A stretch of 53,614 nt of DNA, from the NCBI GenBank assembly GCA_947246355.1, contig CAMXQX010000002.1, forward strand, positions 1-53,614. Direction: 5' to 3'. This DNA comes from an uncultured Bacillota bacterium. Lineage in GTDB: Bacteria; Bacillota_I; Bacilli_A; RF39; UBA660. The notes beneath the pieces were generated by a model. The model was not told where the DNA came from, searched no databases, and saw only the letters and a list, made by a program, of their open reading frames with translations. A program made the position numbers and the translations under genes. This document shows positions 51,891-53,614 of the stretch, piece after piece (the stretch's first letter is position 1; the number at the start of each line of letters is the position of its first letter).

Positions 51891-52978
51891 ATTTTTTTAA
51901 ACCATTCTAAAAACTTTTGAAAATTACTTTTTTTAGCTTCTTTTTCCTTTTCTTTTACGAATATTTCCCTTGTTCCAATTTGCTCATCCGCCAAGAATAC
52001 TTTTACAACCCCTACAGTACTTTCATTTTCTATAATTCGCATCTTTTCCAATTCAAACTTTAATACAATGCTTTTTCTTTCTTCCTCCGTAAGAGCATAT
52101 TTAAAATCTTCTTTTATATACAAATCATAATCTTCATAATAAATTTCATCATAGATTTGAAGATTTCCTTTGCTTAAAAGTGTATAGGCTTTGTACGTAG
52201 AAAAACCATAATCAAATAGATTTTGATGATCTTGCCAATCATTTCCATCATTGAGTGTTACAGCAACTAAGTTTAAACGATCTTTGCTTGCTGTTGTTAC
52301 TAAAGTTCTCCTTGCCTTTTCAGTAAAACCAGTCTTACCACCTGTTGTATATTTATACGAATTTAGTAATTTATTTTTATTCGTCCAGCTATAAGCATTT
52401 TTGTTCGTTGTTAATGTATATTTTTTGGTTCCTGTAATCATTTTAAAGGTCTCATTCTGATAAGCATATTTCATTAGAATTGCCATATCATAAGCCGTTG
52501 AATAATTTCCTTTTTCTTGATCTAATCCACTGGGATTATGAAATGTAGAGTTAGTCATACCTAATTCCTTTGCCTTTTCATTCATCTTGGAAACAAATTT
52601 ATCTACACTCCCTGCTGTATGATGAGCAATAGCTAGAGCAGCATCATTTCCACTTCTTAACATTAAGCCATATAATAAATCCTTCATCGTCAATTCTTCA
52701 CCAGGTTTGATATATATTCCAGATCCATATGCTTTTTTTATCTCTTCTCCTATTACTACCTTGTCCTCTATATTTTTATTTTCAATAGAAACGATGGCTG
52801 TCATTACTTTAGAAATAGAAGCAACACTACGAACATTGTGTATATCTTGTGCATATAAAATTCGACCACTATCCATATCCATTAAAATTGCCGATGTGGC
52901 AGATGTCGATATAGCATAAACATTCATTGCCTTCATCGATAATAGCAATATTATACATATAAAACCTATTTTTTTCAC
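51884..52978 (-). CDS. dacB: D-alanyl-D-alanine carboxypeptidase (sporulation PBP5*-like)
   Basis: Signal peptide, then SxxK (ASISKVM), SGN (RSGND) and KTG (GGKTGFT) motifs. Confidence 0.85.
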   Translation of the reverse strand: MKKIGFICIILLLSMKAMNVYAISTSATSAILMDMDSGRILYAQDIHNVRSVASISKVMTAIVSIENKNIEDKVVIGEEIKKAYGSGIYIKPGEELTMKDLLYGLMLRSGNDAALAIAHHTAGSVDKFVSKMNEKAKELGMTNSTFHNPSGLDQEKGNYSTAYDMAILMKYAYQNETFKMITGTKKYTLTTNKNAYSWTNKNKLLNSYKYTTGGKTGFTEKARRTLVTTASKDRLNLVAVTLNDGNDWQDHQNLFDYGFSTYKAYTLLSKGNLQIYDEIYYEDYDLYIKEDFKYALTEEERKSIVLKFELEKMRIIENESTVGVVKVFLADEQIGTREIFVKEKEKEAKKSNFQKFLEWFKKIW

Positions 52979-53039
52979 TCTATCACCTATAATAAGAATA
53001 TGAAAAAAAGGACTAATTTAGTCCCTTTTGTTATAAAAC

Positions 53040-53447
53040 TTATAAATGAAGTTTTTCTACTTTCTCGGTAGATTCTGTATTCTCTAAAGATTCCTCAGAG
53101 GATAACCAAATTTTGACCAGTTGGATAAATTTTTCTAATTCATGCGTTTTTTCGATTTCCCCTAAATGTTTCATTCTATCCTCAGAAAATACTTTATGAA
53201 TATCATAATTATCCAAAAGTAAAAGCTTTTCTTGCAGCTTACAATACACCATTTCTTCTTTGGTTGCCACATCTTGTTGTTTGGCTTGCATATCCATATA
53301 TGTATTAAACAATGCCAATACTTCTATACAAAGGCCTTCATCATGGAAATTCTCTTTTCGCCGTTCATTTGTAGGGAACTTAATGATATTATTGGGTACA
53401 AACAACTTACTACTTGTTACATCATAAACCTGTACGTTTCTTGTCAT
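53040..53447 (-). CDS. Hypothetical protein
   Basis: 135-aa ORF with a GAAAGGAAAG RBS and a strong promoter upstream. No domain recognised. Confidence 0.55.
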   Translation of the reverse strand: MTRNVQVYDVTSSKLFVPNNIIKFPTNERRKENFHDEGLCIEVLALFNTYMDMQAKQQDVATKEEMVYCKLQEKLLLLDNYDIHKVFSEDRMKHLGEIEKTHELEKFIQLVKIWLSSEESLENTESTEKVEKLHL

Positions 53448-53516
53448 TTCTTTCCTTTCTACCTAGAATTAATTTTCTAGATACTCACTAAAGAATAAAT
53501 CTTTAATTTAATCTAT

Positions 53517-53544
53517 ATTATATAATTTTTTTCACATTTGTCAA
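53517..53544 (-). promoter_or_regulatory. Consensus sigma-A promoter for the 135-aa gene
   Basis: Minus strand: TTGACA (53539-53544), 16 nt spacer, TATAAT (53517-53522). Confidence 0.55.
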
Positions 53545-53614
53545 ATTATACCAACTAGCGATAGTGTAAAATGGTTTGGGGATAGAGTATAAAAAAGGAA
53601 GCCCTTTTGTTAAA

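Overview
Visibly AT-rich chromosomal window from a spore-forming Firmicute: spoVID-ysxE and dacB-spmA-spmB are present, as are the yqeG-yqeH and ftsY-ylxM neighbourhoods. Almost every gene is on the minus strand, with tight spacing and strong GGAGG-type ribosome-binding sites. I recognised no rRNA, tRNA, CRISPR array, transposase or integrase. The left 12.5 kb is accessory. It starts with a consensus promoter whose spacer is a G12 homopolymer, firing out of the window. Next is a PARIS-like ABC-ATPase plus DUF4435/TOPRIM pair (146-2428). Then comes a seven-gene operon (2579-12370), my best candidate for an undescribed system. It has two SipW-type signal peptidases, three secreted proteins sharing a TasA-like signal ending in TY[AS][KR]Y, a giant lipoprotein whose C-terminus copies the major subunit domain, and an 864-aa lipoprotein built from 7-8 five-cysteine modules. 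The major subunit gene has a perfect SD and is bracketed by hairpins. The rest is mostly housekeeping: tmcAL, RNase J, Lon, PrsW, L32/YceD, RluB, ferredoxin and a SEDS protein. Exceptions are a CDP-ribitol teichoic-acid locus (20317-27008), two diverged HerA/DUF87 ATPase paralogues each ending a GTPase operon, an orphan prepilin fused to an FGE-like domain, a pair of tail-anchored paralogues flanking prsW-lon, and a gene broken by an in-frame TAA. All assignments rest on motif recognition by eye; no searches were run.
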